This document shows positions 39,568 to 50,369 of a DNA stretch of 62,705 nucleotides, piece after piece. The notes under the pieces were generated by a model, which was not told the origin of the DNA, made no database searches, and saw only the letters and a program-made list of their open reading frames with translations. How positions within the stretch are numbered: position 1 is the stretch's first letter; each line of letters opens with the position of its first letter. This DNA comes from Myxococcota bacterium (lineage in GTDB: Bacteria; Myxococcota_A; UBA9042; PHBI01; JAWLBL01): assembly GCA_041687695.1 (NCBI GenBank), contig JAWLBL010000038.1:1-62705 (forward strand), in the 5' to 3' direction. The translations under genes and the position numbers were made by a program.

Positions 39568-41915
39568 AGATCCTCGTCGTCATCCACGGCTACCCGATGC
39601 GCTACAACGCGGGATCCGAGGTCTACACCCAGACGCTCTGTCACGGCCTTGCTGCCCGACACGAGGTCCACGTCTTCACCCGCGAAGAGGACTCCTTCGC
39701 ACCCGATTATCGGCTGCGCGTCGAGACCGACCCCGACGATCCACGCATCACGCTCCACTTCGTCAACAACCCGCGACTGAAGGACCGCTACCGCGCGACC
39801 GGGATTGACCAACGCTTCGCCGAAGTCCTCGACCGGGTGCGCCCCGACGTCGTCCACATCGGCCACCTCAACCATCTGTCCACCTCGCTCGTCCGCGAGG
39901 CTGCCCTCCGCGAGATCCCCATCCTCTTCACCCTGCACGACTACTGGCTGATGTGCCCCCGCGGCCAATTCATGCAGTTCTTCCCCGAAGACCCGAACGA
40001 CCTCTGGGCCGCCTGCGACGGTCAGCAGGACCGCAAGTGCGCCGAGCGCTGCTACGCCCGCTACTACAGCGGCAGCCCCGAAGAGCATGAAGCCGACCTG
40101 ACCTACTGGTCGGACTGGGTCGGTCGCCGAATGCGGCACGTCCGCGCCATGGCCGAGCTCGTCGACCTCTTCGTCGCACCCGCCCGCTACCTCCACGACC
40201 GCTTTCGCGACGACTTCGGCCTACCCGAAACGAAGCTGGCCTACCTGGACTATGGATTCGACCGTCGACGGCTCACCGGTCGTTCCCGTCGACCCAACGA
40301 GGCGTTCACCTTCGGCTACATCGGCACCCACATCCCGGCCAAGGGCATTCACGACCTCATCCGCGCCTTCGGCCGACTCGAAGGCGAACCCCGACTCCGC
40401 ATCTGGGGGCGCCCCCGCGGCCAGGACACCGATGCGCTCCGCGCCATGGCCGCCGCTCTCCCGGCCGGCGTCGCGGAACGGGTCGAGTGGCTGCCCGAGT
40501 ACCGCAACCAAAACATCGTCGCCGACGTGTTCGATCACGTGGACGCTATCGTCGTCCCGTCCGTGTGGGTCGAGAACTCACCGCTGGTGATTCACGAAGC
40601 GCAGCAAGCCCGCGTTCCGGTCATCACGGCCGACGCGGGCGGCATGCGCGAGTACGTGCGTCACGAGGTGAACGGCCTCCTCTTCGAGCACCGGTCCGTT
40701 GCCGCCCTCGCGCAGCAGATGCAGCGCTTCGTCGACGAGCCCGTCCTGGCCTCGCGCCTCGGCGCCCGCGGGTACCTCTACTCGCAATCGGGAGACGTCC
40801 CCGCGCTCGAGGACCACGTCCGCGAGATCGAACGCCTCTACGAGCAGCTCGTCCGGCGACGCGACACCACGCGCATCCCGCGCCGCCCGGGCCCGTGGCG
40901 CATCACGTTCGACACCAACCCGGACACGTGCAACCTGCGCTGCATCATGTGCGAGGAGCACTCGCCCCACAGCCCTCTGCAGCGGCTCCGAAAGGCCGAG
41001 GGCCGCCCCCGCCGCGTGATGCCGTTCGACCTCATCGAGCGCGTGGTCGCCGACGCCGCCCCGAACGGCCTGCGCGAGATCATCCCCTCCACGATGGGTG
41101 AGCCGCTCCTCTACGACGATTTCGAGCGCATCCTGAGCCTCTGCGAGCGGTTCGACGTCAAGCTCAACCTGACGACCAACGGGACCTTCCCTCGGCTCGG
41201 CGCCCGCGCCTGGGCCGAGCGCATCGCGCCGGTGACCTCCGACGTGAAGATCTCGTGGAACGGCGCCACCCAGGCCACACACGAAGCCGTCATGCTCGGC
41301 AGCGCCTGGGACAAGGTCCTGGACAACGTCCGCGCGTTCATCGCCGTCCGCGACGAGGTCGCAGCGCTTGGCGGCAATCGCTGCCGCGTCACTTTCCAGC
41401 TCACCTTCCTCGAGACGAACGTCGACGAGCTCGCCGACACCGTCCGCCTCGCCATCGAGCTCGGCGTGGACCGCCTCAAGGGGCACCACCTCTGGGCCCA
41501 CTTCCCCGAGATCGAGGGGCTCTCGATGCGCCGCAGCCCCGAGGCCATCCGCCGCTGGAACCGCGCGGTCCTCGAGGCCCGCGAGGCGGCCACCGAGCGC
41601 CTCCTCCCCTCCGGCCGCCCCATCCTGCTCGAGAACATCTTCCTCCTGGACGAAGACGCGCCCCAGGACCTCGCCCCCGGTGGCCCCTGCCCCTTCCTCG
41701 GCCAGGAGGCCTGGGTCAGCGCCCTCGGCCGCTTCGATCCCTGCTGCGCCCCCGACGCCCAGCGCCGCACCCTGGGCGAGCTCGGCACCCTGCACGATCG
41801 CAGCCTCCTCGAGATCTGGAACGGGCCCGACTATCAGAACCTCCTCGCCACCTACCGGAACCGCGAGCTCTGCCTCTCCTGTAACATGCGCCGACCCGCC
41901 GAGGTGTCACCATGA
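39564..41915 (+). CDS. GT4 glycosyltransferase fused to a radical SAM domain with a SPASM/twitch C-terminus
   Basis: GT-B motifs 'HGYP..NAGSEVY', 'TLHDYWLMCPRG', 'KGIH', 'PSVWVENSPLVIHEA'. Radical SAM CNLRCIMC and 'MGEPLL'. C-terminal CPF...PCC...CLSC. Confidence 0.9.
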   Translation: MKILVVIHGYPMRYNAGSEVYTQTLCHGLAARHEVHVFTREEDSFAPDYRLRVETDPDDPRITLHFVNNPRLKDRYRATGIDQRFAEVLDRVRPDVVHIGHLNHLSTSLVREAALREIPILFTLHDYWLMCPRGQFMQFFPEDPNDLWAACDGQQDRKCAERCYARYYSGSPEEHEADLTYWSDWVGRRMRHVRAMAELVDLFVAPARYLHDRFRDDFGLPETKLAYLDYGFDRRRLTGRSRRPNEAFTFGYIGTHIPAKGIHDLIRAFGRLEGEPRLRIWGRPRGQDTDALRAMAAALPAGVAERVEWLPEYRNQNIVADVFDHVDAIVVPSVWVENSPLVIHEAQQARVPVITADAGGMREYVRHEVNGLLFEHRSVAALAQQMQRFVDEPVLASRLGARGYLYSQSGDVPALEDHVREIERLYEQLVRRRDTTRIPRRPGPWRITFDTNPDTCNLRCIMCEEHSPHSPLQRLRKAEGRPRRVMPFDLIERVVADAAPNGLREIIPSTMGEPLLYDDFERILSLCERFDVKLNLTTNGTFPRLGARAWAERIAPVTSDVKISWNGATQATHEAVMLGSAWDKVLDNVRAFIAVRDEVAALGGNRCRVTFQLTFLETNVDELADTVRLAIELGVDRLKGHHLWAHFPEIEGLSMRRSPEAIRRWNRAVLEAREAATERLLPSGRPILLENIFLLDEDAPQDLAPGGPCPFLGQEAWVSALGRFDPCCAPDAQRRTLGELGTLHDRSLLEIWNGPDYQNLLATYRNRELCLSCNMRRPAEVSP

Positions 41916-42086
41916 GCTCGTCCCACGATTCCTGTGCGCCCAGCTCGAACGCGCTCCGACTCGCCCAACGGGCGCAGGCCCTCCAGCACGCCCGCCCTAA
42001 CGCGCCGAGCGTGGCGGCGCCCATCCGAGACCCCGTGATCCCGGCGCTGAGCCGCGCATCCCGGACTCCGAACACCCAGGTGCCCC

Positions 42087-43766
42087 ATGCAGAATGACTG
42101 GAAAGCGCTGCGTCCTGCGAGCGACCCGTCCCACCATGTCGGCCCCGACGGCGCCGCAGCCTACACGCAGAGATTCGACCAGGTCCTCGAGTTCCACGCC
42201 CCCGGCCTGGCCCCAGTCCAGCGCGGCGAGGACGCCTGGCACATCACCCCGGACGGCCGCCCCGCGTATCGTCACCGCTTCCGGCGCACGTTCGGCTTCT
42301 ACGAGGGTCTGGCCGCCGTCGTCTCGTCCGAGGGATGGCACCACATCGCGCCCACCGGCGCCCCCGCCTACCCCCAGCGCTACGCCTGGTGCGGCAACTT
42401 CCAGGGCGGCCGCTGCGCCGTGCGACGGCCTGACGACGCGTACTTCCACATCACCCCCGAAGGGGCCCCCGCGTATCCCGACGTCTACCGCTACGCTGGC
42501 GACTTCCGCGACGGTTTCGCCGTGGTCCAGGCCGACCACGGCCGCTCCACCCACATCGACCTCCATGGGCGCTTCCTTCACGACCGCTGGTTCCTCGACC
42601 TCGACGTCTTCCACAAGGGCTACGCCCGCGCCCGCGACGACGCCGGCTGGACCCACATCGACGCCGCCGGCGTCCCCGCCTACCCACGCCGCTTCGCCTC
42701 GGTCGAGCCCTTCTACAATGGGCAGGCCCGCGTAGAACGGTTCGACGGCGCCCTGGAGGTCATCGACGAGACCGGCGCCACCGTCACCGAGCTCCGCCCT
42801 CCCCTGCGCTCCGACCTCGCGAGCCTCTCGGGCGACATGGTCGGCTTCTGGCGCACCCAGACCATCGCCGCAGCCGTGGAGCTCGGCGTCATCGAGGCCC
42901 TCCCGGCCACCGCCGACCATGTCGCCGCTCGCTGCAACCTCGATCCAAGCCGCACCTCTCGCCTACTCCGCGCCCTCGGCGAGCTCGCGCTCACCCTCCC
43001 GGACGGGACCACCTGGCGCACGACCCCGCGCGGCGACCTGCTGCGCCGCGACCACCCGATGACCATGGCCGGCGCCTCCGTGGAGTACGCCCGCCACTTC
43101 CCCCGCCTCTGGGACGCGCTGCCCGAGGCCCTTCGAGCCGACCGCACCTGGCGCCCCCCCGACATCTTCGGTGACGTCGCCCGTGACGAGGCTCGGCGCG
43201 CAGCCCACCACCAGATGCTGCTCAGCTATGCCCGCCACGACTACCCCCTCGTCCCCGCCGCCCTCGACCTCCGCGGCGACGAGCGCGTCATCGATGCCGG
43301 GGGTGGCCTGGGTGCGCTCGCCAACCTCCTCCTCGACACCTACCCCGACCTCCAGGTGACCGTCCTCGACCGCCCCGAGGTCATCGAACAGGCGGTCGCC
43401 GTCCAGCAACCACGCCCCGGCCTCTCCTGGCGCTCTGCCGACCTCCTTCAACCCTGGCGCCTCGAGGCCGATGTCGTCGTCCTCGCCCGCGTCCTCCACG
43501 ACTGGGACGACGCCACGGCCTCTCGCATCCTGCGGCAGGCCTTCGACACCGTCCGCGATCGCGGCGTCGTCTTCGTCGTCGAGATGGTGCTCCCCGACCC
43601 CGGTGTCGCAGGCGGGCTCTGCGACCTCCACCTGCTGATGGCCACCGGCGGCCAGGAACGCACCGAAGCCGACTTCCGACGTCTCTTCGCGGCCTCCGGC
43701 CTCGAGCTCGTCGAGGTGATCCCGCTCACCGCCCTTCCCACGGTCCTGGTCGGGAGGGCCCCATGA
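42087..43766 (+). CDS. WG-repeat domain fused to a class I O-methyltransferase
   Basis: Repeats F(Y/Q/R/H)xG.A.V....W.HI...G.PAY; dimerisation segment 'AAVELGVIEAL'; SAM motif 'IDAGGGLG'; 'RVLHDWDD'; 'GGQERT'. Confidence 0.88.
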   Translation: MQNDWKALRPASDPSHHVGPDGAAAYTQRFDQVLEFHAPGLAPVQRGEDAWHITPDGRPAYRHRFRRTFGFYEGLAAVVSSEGWHHIAPTGAPAYPQRYAWCGNFQGGRCAVRRPDDAYFHITPEGAPAYPDVYRYAGDFRDGFAVVQADHGRSTHIDLHGRFLHDRWFLDLDVFHKGYARARDDAGWTHIDAAGVPAYPRRFASVEPFYNGQARVERFDGALEVIDETGATVTELRPPLRSDLASLSGDMVGFWRTQTIAAAVELGVIEALPATADHVAARCNLDPSRTSRLLRALGELALTLPDGTTWRTTPRGDLLRRDHPMTMAGASVEYARHFPRLWDALPEALRADRTWRPPDIFGDVARDEARRAAHHQMLLSYARHDYPLVPAALDLRGDERVIDAGGGLGALANLLLDTYPDLQVTVLDRPEVIEQAVAVQQPRPGLSWRSADLLQPWRLEADVVVLARVLHDWDDATASRILRQAFDTVRDRGVVFVVEMVLPDPGVAGGLCDLHLLMATGGQERTEADFRRLFAASGLELVEVIPLTALPTVLVGRAP

Positions 43767-45085
43767 CCGCCGCCCATGCATGGCGCATCCCGCCTTCCGT
43801 CTCACGACACCTGGACGGCACGCCCGCCGACCGTCCAGTGGCCCTGCTCCTCCGGCACTCCGTCCGCGACGCCCTCCCCGACGGTGACGCCGCCTACACG
43901 CTGCCCATCACCGACATCGGCCAGCAGCTCGCACGCGACCTCGGCGCGGCGATGGGACCGCGCCTGCGTACCGTCCACACCAGCCCGCTCACCCGTTGCG
44001 TGCAGACGGCCGAGTCTCTCCGCCTCGGCGCCGGCCGCGACCTCGCCGTCCGCACCGACCGCCTCCTGGGAGACCCGGGGGCCTACGTCATCGACGGCCG
44101 CCGAGCCTGGCCGAACTGGCAGACCCTGGGCCACGCTGGAGTCATGGCCCAGCTGGTCTCGTCCTCCGACGCCCTCCCCGGGATGGCTCGCCCCGACCCA
44201 GCAGCGCGCTTCCTGGTCCAGCACATGCTCGCCGTCGCCGACGACTCCCCCGGCCTGCACGTCTTCGTCACCCACGACTCGCTCGTCACCGCGACCGCCG
44301 CACGGCTTCTCGGCGTCCCACTCGGCCAGGACGCCTGGCCCTGGTACCTCGAAGGCGCCTTCTTCTGGCGTACGTCGGCCGGGCTCCACGTCGCCTACCG
44401 AGACCACGAGGCGCTCCTCGACGGCACCCCACTCTGCCCCCTCGACGAAACCAACATCATCGAGTTCGCGCGACGCGAGGTCGCCGCCACCGTCGGCCTC
44501 GACAGCGGCGCCCGCTTCTTCCTGGCCGGAGGGGCCTTCAAGACGCTGCTGACCGGCCGCCCGCCCCGTGACCTGGATCTCTGGGCGCCATCGGAACAGG
44601 ACCGCACCGCCCTCCTCAGCGCCCTCCAATCGCGCGGCGCCCAGCCGCTAGCGCCCCGACCGTTTGCCGACGCTTTCCACATCGCGGACCGCATCGTCGA
44701 GGTTCCCCACCGCACCGACCCGCCGACGCTCCAGGAGCGGATCGCCCGCTTCGACCTCGCGCTCTCGGCCATCGGCGTCGAGCACCGTCCCGGCGACGAC
44801 TGGTCGGCCTTCATCCACCCGCTGGCCCTCGAGGCGCTCGCACGCCGCCAGGTGCTGCTCCTCCGGCCCCTGGTGAACTGGAAGTACGCCCTCACCACCC
44901 TCGAACGCATGCGGCGCTACGCCGCCGAGCTCGGCTTCACCGCCTCCCTCGACGACGAGGCCGAAGTCTGGAGCACCTTCCTCTCCCAGCCCGACGACAT
45001 GCGGGCCGGCATGCTCGAGCGCTTCACCCGCACCGCGCTCGGCGGCTTCGACGTCCTCGAGGAGGCCACATGCCGCCTCCTATGA
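43763..45085 (+). CDS. Histidine phosphatase fused to a nucleotidyltransferase (Pol-beta/CCA-like) domain
   Basis: 'LLRHS', 'TSPLTRCVQTA', 'VTHD', followed by 'FLAGGAFK...PRDLDLW...RFDL'. Confidence 0.8.
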   Translation: MTAAHAWRIPPSVSRHLDGTPADRPVALLLRHSVRDALPDGDAAYTLPITDIGQQLARDLGAAMGPRLRTVHTSPLTRCVQTAESLRLGAGRDLAVRTDRLLGDPGAYVIDGRRAWPNWQTLGHAGVMAQLVSSSDALPGMARPDPAARFLVQHMLAVADDSPGLHVFVTHDSLVTATAARLLGVPLGQDAWPWYLEGAFFWRTSAGLHVAYRDHEALLDGTPLCPLDETNIIEFARREVAATVGLDSGARFFLAGGAFKTLLTGRPPRDLDLWAPSEQDRTALLSALQSRGAQPLAPRPFADAFHIADRIVEVPHRTDPPTLQERIARFDLALSAIGVEHRPGDDWSAFIHPLALEALARRQVLLLRPLVNWKYALTTLERMRRYAAELGFTASLDDEAEVWSTFLSQPDDMRAGMLERFTRTALGGFDVLEEATCRLL

Positions 45086-45756
45086 TCGCGGGCCTCTACC
45101 CCTACACGCGGAACGGCGTCACCCACCCGCCGCGGGTCACGCTCGCCGAGATCCCCCAGAGCCTCGCCGCCAACCCGACCTACCGCGAGGACCTCCTCGT
45201 CCTCGCCGGCGACCAGCCCTCTGCGGCGCACCTCCGCTCCTTCGGCCTGCGGGTCCACCGCGTCTTCGACGACGCCCCACCCGCCATCCACCACGACACC
45301 GCCCACAAGATGAAGCACTGGATGTGCCGCTGGGCCCTGCACGAGCTCGGCGAGTTCCTCTGGGTCGACTGGGACACCGTCATGCTCCGACGCCCCGACG
45401 CCGCCTTCTGGTCCTTCGCCCGCGCCAACGACACCCCCAAGTTCATCCACATCCCGAACTACTGGGCCACCGTCAACTGCGGCGTCTACTATGCCAACGC
45501 GACCTGGCTCCCCGCCCTCGAGCGCAGCTTCGACGCCCCGGTCCCCGAACCCAACGACGAGCTCCTCTGGACCTCGGTCCTCCCCCCAAACGTCCTCGAC
45601 CGCCCCGAGTTCTGGTGGCACGACCGCGTCGCCCAGGTCTGGACCCCCGACGACTTCCCCGCCATCACCCCCCACACCTACTTCGCCCACGTCAAGCACC
45701 TCTCCTGGGCCCCGCAGCTGCGACAGCGAGCCACCAAGGCACCAAACCGCTCATAG
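45070..45756 (+). CDS. Small GT-A-like (DxD) protein
   Basis: GGAGG RBS; 'HKMK...FLWVDWDT', 'VNCGVYY', 'NDE', 'FAHVK' follow the nucleotide-diphospho-sugar transferase pattern. Confidence 0.55.
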   Translation: MPPPMIAGLYPYTRNGVTHPPRVTLAEIPQSLAANPTYREDLLVLAGDQPSAAHLRSFGLRVHRVFDDAPPAIHHDTAHKMKHWMCRWALHELGEFLWVDWDTVMLRRPDAAFWSFARANDTPKFIHIPNYWATVNCGVYYANATWLPALERSFDAPVPEPNDELLWTSVLPPNVLDRPEFWWHDRVAQVWTPDDFPAITPHTYFAHVKHLSWAPQLRQRATKAPNRS

Positions 45757-46448
45757 CCCATCTCGGGCTCCCAGACCTCGGGGGCTCAGCGGGCCGCTGC
45801 TTCGATCTCAGCCACGAGGCGGAGCAGCTGGGGCATCTCAATCGCGAGCACCGAGCGGAGTTGCTCACCAGCCCCGCGGTCCAAGGTTGGGCCTCGTCAC
45901 TCGGCTTCGAGCTCTACTATCGCCGCCAACACACCCGCGGGGGTGGGCTGGTGGACCATCGCCCCGCCCGCCCGGACGAGGGCTGCGGCATATTCGCCTC
46001 CGTCACGTTCGTCAGCTCCGACGGGGCATCCTTCCATGCGTCGACGACGTCCGCGCCGAAAGCCGCCTCGGCAACGCACGCGACCTCGACTGGCCCGACG
46101 TATGAGCCTGGAAGCGCAGCACCATCACCTCGAACGTCTGGTTCCCCATCTGCACCTCCTGCGATGACGACTACGGCTGGATCCTCGGCGGCCAGGGAGG
46201 TCCCGACGAGCCGCGATGGAAGGGCCGTCGCGTCGGCGCAGCTCCTTGGCGCCGCAGCACGCTCGGGCGCGCTCGAGCGGGTCCGATGGGCGCATCTCGC
46301 GCCGCCGAGGGCTGCGTTGAGGCCCTGAGCGGCGCGTGCTACGGTCCGCCGCGTCGAGACCGCGCTGCGGCTGGGTGTCGTTGGCGCCGTCCCCGCCCAG
46401 GAGGGGCGCGCGGAGCGCGTTGGCCGAGGACGAACGGAAAGCCTGACC

Positions 46449-46868
46449 ATGAGCATTTCACAGCCCGAAGCGGGACATGGCCGGCAGCAGAGGGCTCCGT
46501 TGCCGCTGTCCGAGGTCGAACTCGCGCTGACCGCGCAACTCGTCGTGGCTTGGGCCGGCGAAGCCGGAGACCTGATGTACCGCCTACGCGAAGTGCCCTT
46601 CACGGGCAGCCTCCTCGACAACCCCGCGGCGCGCTGGCAACCCGAGCCGAAGCTGTCTGATGAACAGGGCGCCGAGCTACGCATCCTCGAGCCCGACGAA
46701 CACGAGGCCCGCGCGGCCTTCGAGGCGGCGCACCCCGAGAGGGTGCACGCGCGCGCCGACCTGCTGGCCAGCCCGGAAACTCGGATCGACCTCTTCGGCG
46801 ACGACGCGGACGACAGCGACCTGGCCCTGGACACCACCGACCCCGAGGACGACGAGGAGGCCGCGTGA
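46449..46868 (+). pseudogene. Chimeric remnant: probable BREX type 6 BrxE N-terminus fused to another gene's C-terminus (PglX-like)
   Basis: 'ALTAQLVVAWAGEAG' matches my recollection of the BrxE N-terminus, then switches abruptly to 'LMYRLREVPFTGS...DLFGD' with an acidic tail. Confidence 0.4.
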
Positions 46869-47815
46869 GCGGGCCGGGCCTGCCTCGCGAGGTGGCTTCG
46901 CGAGTGAGCGAGCGGTTACGAGTGCGCCTCGGGTGCCTCGCCATCGTCTTCACGGTCGCGGCCGGGTGCCGTTCCGCCGCCGAGCCCGGCGCCGCAACCG
47001 ACGACGAGCGCTGCGCCGCCGAGGCGCCTCTGGAGACCGATGCGGGTCCGGCGCTGGCGCCGAGCCCGACGAGCTCCGAGGATGCGGCCCAGCCACGCGA
47101 GCCCTGTGGCGAAGCGAAGCCGAGCGACTTCAGCGTCGCCGGCGAGCCATGGGTGAGCATCGTCGACTGTGACGGCGCCGCCTTCGACATGATGGCGACC
47201 GAGGTCACCCGCGGCCTGTGGTCCGCACACCGCCCGGCCCCTCTCGACGACCGCGGGTGCAGCAAGGCGGACTGCCCGGCCGCCGACATCAACGTCTACA
47301 GCATGCTCGAGTTCGCGAACCACCTCTCGCAACGTGCCGGCCTGACCGCCTGCTACGACCTCGAGTCCTGCACCGGAGAGCCCGGCACCTACGAGTACAA
47401 GTGCTCCGCCCTCCCCTCTCTCCTGGTCCCTTGCGACGGCTTCAGGCTCCCGACCGAGCACGAGTGGGACACGGCCGCACGCGCCGGCGCGTCGCCGGTC
47501 TGGCCCTGCGGCTCGGAGCCCTCCTGTCTCGAGTCCAGCGCCTGGCTCAAACACACCTCGGACAGCCGCCCACACCCCGTCGCCCAGAAGGCTCCGAACC
47601 CATGGGGCCTATACGACATGGCCGGAAACGTCGCAGAGACGACCTTCACACCCGATGCGCCGTACTTCATCATCGGCGTGCGTGGAGGAACTTTCCACAC
47701 GCCGCCCGAGCTGGCGCGCATCGACCACCGAGCTTCGCACTTCCCAGATATTCCGAGCCGGCACCTCGGCTTTCGCCTCGTCAAGACCCAGAGCGCTCCA
47801 GCAGCTCGGCCCTGA
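46865..47815 (+). CDS. Formylglycine-generating-enzyme (SUMF1/FGE-sulfatase) domain lipoprotein
   Basis: AAGC lipobox; 'TEVT', 'FRLPTEHEW', '[15 protein letters not shown]', 'RGG', 'GFRLV'. Confidence 0.85.
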   Translation: MSGPGLPREVASRVSERLRVRLGCLAIVFTVAAGCRSAAEPGAATDDERCAAEAPLETDAGPALAPSPTSSEDAAQPREPCGEAKPSDFSVAGEPWVSIVDCDGAAFDMMATEVTRGLWSAHRPAPLDDRGCSKADCPAADINVYSMLEFANHLSQRAGLTACYDLESCTGEPGTYEYKCSALPSLLVPCDGFRLPTEHEWDTAARAGASPVWPCGSEPSCLESSAWLKHTSDSRPHPVAQKAPNPWGLYDMAGNVAETTFTPDAPYFIIGVRGGTFHTPPELARIDHRASHFPDIPSRHLGFRLVKTQSAPAARP

Positions 47816-49634
47816 TGCGGTCGACGGGCACCCATCGCATCAGGTAGCCCTCACCGGAAGCCCCGTCTCGAGCGATCGTATACGTGACGACATCGTTGAA
47901 CGTCACCGGCGCACCACGCTCATCCGACACTCCGGCGGGGAGGTCGCCAGGCCCCGACCCGGGAGCGACCTCGTAGGCATGAACGGTCGTGTCGGCGGTC
48001 AAGCGGAACGTGCTCCCCCGATTCAGCAGGTCGCCCGGGCCCCACAGCACCTCGTTCTTGGTGATCTGGGACATCAAGCTCGCGTCCGTCCCACCGATAC
48101 CCGTCAACGTGTCCAACGTGACGCTCAGCGAACTCCCGCCCGACTGCTCGTCCCAGGTCACGGCCCCATTGACCCGGATCGGGCCCGCGGTGGCCAACCA
48201 GGCGATGTACGCTTCACGCGCGTTCTCGTAGGCTGTCCGGCCCTGGCTCCTGACCTCCCGCGCCAGGGTCGGAACGCGCCTCAGCTCCTCGGTCAGGTGC
48301 GCTGACACGCCACGGTATAGCCCGAGCACACGCTGCGTATGCCCCTGGTTTCGGTCGAGGGCCGTTTCACGCGGCTGGTCCTCGCGACACTCGGCATCCA
48401 GTAGCGCCCCCATGGTTTCCATCCAGCCCGACAGCGCCTCCAGGTACCCTCCAGTCCACGCCAGGTCTGTGACGGGTGCCGTTCCGTTCAGGAAGGCGTT
48501 GAGCATCTCGGCGACGCCGCGCTCGCTGACCTCGCTCAGGCCCCCGGAGCGCGCTTCGTTGGCTGCCAGGAACTGCTGCCGCATCGCCTGCTGAGCCCGT
48601 GCCTGGTTCCGGTTGTGAATCCGCAAGGCGAACCCGGCGGTGATGACGACACACCCGATGACCAGCTTACTGATGGGGTCGGGGTTAAAGATGTTGAGGG
48701 TGGAGGCCACACCCAGCGCGTCGCCTGCGTACGAAGCCCCGCCTTGTGAGGCAAGGAACTCGGCATAGGCACGTGTCATGATGGCCCGTTCGCCCTCGGT
48801 CCAGCGCACCATGTCTGCGCTGATGCCCTGCAGGGCCTGCGCGATGTCCCCGAGCGCGGAGGTGGCGGTGGAGCGGACCCCGTCGATCTGTCCGGGAATG
48901 GCGCTGCGGGCGTCCTCGAGCTGCTGCAAGAGCGGCGCCGCGCTGGGCCTGGCTTCGCACGAGGGCTCCGGCGTCGGACCGAGGTCGGCCTCCCCACCGC
49001 CGTAGCACTGCACCGCAGCGCTCGCCGATCCGCCGCCTCCGGGTCCCTGAGCGAGCAACGGCTCGGCGGACCTACCGGCGACCACAGCGTCGGCGACGCG
49101 GTCGGCATGAACCTCGTACGCGTCCCCCTTCGAGCCCAGGTTGCTGCTCAACGAAACGCCTGCGCGCTGCTGGACCACGTGAGCGGCTTCGTGAGCCGCG
49201 GTGCGGAGGTCCGGTGGGCCCGCGAACGCCACGGAGCTCCCCATGGCATACGCTGAGGCGCCCAGTTGGCCGGCGGCCGACCGGGCTGGTCCGCCCACGT
49301 GGGCCTGCACCCCGCTGACGTCGTGCGCGCCGAAGGACGCCTGGACCCGGTCGAAGTGCGGAAGGCGCTGGCCTCCTCCGGCCATCCCGGCCTGAGCGAT
49401 CGTCGTCGCCGCGTTGCCGCCCGATGGCCCTCCAGGCCTAAGCGCGGCGATCTGCTGATCATAGCCGGATGGCGCCTGTCCGGGCGCCAGCATCTGGCGT
49501 TGCACGGCGTAGCCCGCCGACAGGAACGCGGGACTGGCCCGATTGACCACCGAGGAGGACGTAGGCGTCGAGCCCGAGCGCGCCTCTCGAGTCGGAGCAG
49601 AGTCCTTCCCTTGCGTCTCTCTTCCCGTGATCAT
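47781..49634 (-). CDS. DUF4157 (eCIS core) protein with a hydrophobic hairpin
   Basis: AGGAGG RBS; '[22 protein letters not shown]...AYAMG...[11 protein letters not shown]...EVHADRVAD...VQ'. Confidence 0.82.
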   Translation of the reverse strand: MITGRETQGKDSAPTREARSGSTPTSSSVVNRASPAFLSAGYAVQRQMLAPGQAPSGYDQQIAALRPGGPSGGNAATTIAQAGMAGGGQRLPHFDRVQASFGAHDVSGVQAHVGGPARSAAGQLGASAYAMGSSVAFAGPPDLRTAAHEAAHVVQQRAGVSLSSNLGSKGDAYEVHADRVADAVVAGRSAEPLLAQGPGGGGSASAAVQCYGGGEADLGPTPEPSCEARPSAAPLLQQLEDARSAIPGQIDGVRSTATSALGDIAQALQGISADMVRWTEGERAIMTRAYAEFLASQGGASYAGDALGVASTLNIFNPDPISKLVIGCVVITAGFALRIHNRNQARAQQAMRQQFLAANEARSGGLSEVSERGVAEMLNAFLNGTAPVTDLAWTGGYLEALSGWMETMGALLDAECREDQPRETALDRNQGHTQRVLGLYRGVSAHLTEELRRVPTLAREVRSQGRTAYENAREAYIAWLATAGPIRVNGAVTWDEQSGGSSLSVTLDTLTGIGGTDASLMSQITKNEVLWGPGDLLNRGSTFRLTADTTVHAYEVAPGSGPGDLPAGVSDERGAPVTFNDVVTYTIARDGASGEGYLMRWVPVDRIRAELLERSGS

Positions 49635-49951
49635 CGGGGCCTCCTGAGCATGCGGTTCATCGAGCCTAGCCTCAAGAACTCGGGTCCGCAACCGCGTTCG
49701 GCCCACTCATTCCTCCGTCGAACGCTCACCGGAACACCAGCGCCGACTGGGTCGCAGGCTGTGACCTCATCGAAGCGTGCCTGACAGTGGCCGGTGACGG
49801 CGCGCTGACGTGGCCTCGGGTCAGCGGAAGGACAGGGGCCGGTCTTCGAAGAGCGCTGCTGACCCCGAGCCGTGTGCAGCAGCTCGACCGCTTGGCGTTG
49901 GCCGGGCGGACGCAGGCGGTATGCTTGCAGCGGAGTACCGGAGGGTGGTGC

Positions 49952-50085
49952 ATGGCGGTGAAGAGGTTCGCGATCTCGGTCCCCGAAGAGGTGATGCGCG
50001 AGGTGGACCGCGCGGCCGAGGAGCAGCACCTGACGCGCAGCGCGTACATCGCCGGCGTCTTGCGGCGCGTAGCCAGGGCGCGCCC
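49952..50085 (+). pseudogene. Truncated ribbon-helix-helix (CopG-like) antitoxin
   Basis: GGAGG RBS; 'MAVKRFAISVPEEVMREVDRAAEEQHLTRSAYIAGVL' then degenerates; no toxin partner follows. Confidence 0.6.
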
Positions 50086-50369
50086 TTGGAGCACACCGCG
50101 CCCTCCAGCTCCCCGTCGAACGGCCCGACCAGGTCCGCCCCCAGCGCCTTCACGATGCGCCCACGCACCTCGACCGGCGCCCCCGGCGCCTCCACCCCCA
50201 GCCCCCTGCCGCGCGTCATGCCGCCCCCTCGCCGTTCCGCCCCATTCAGGTGGCCGCGACCCTAACGCGACCCGCCTCGGTCCTTCAACCGCGGCCGACT
50301 GCAACTCGCCCCATCACGGCCTGCTCGTCGTCGTTGCCCCTGGGAAACCCGTCGAAGCGTCGCGCGCCG

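Noticed and set aside
41912..42097. 61-aa ORF within the rSAM operon as a second precursor peptide
   Set aside because: It overlaps both neighbours but has weak codon bias and no motif; I cannot support it without homologues.
45757..46445. Coding region between the operon and the BREX-like remnant
   Set aside because: No frame gives a recognisable continuous protein; probably decayed sequence.
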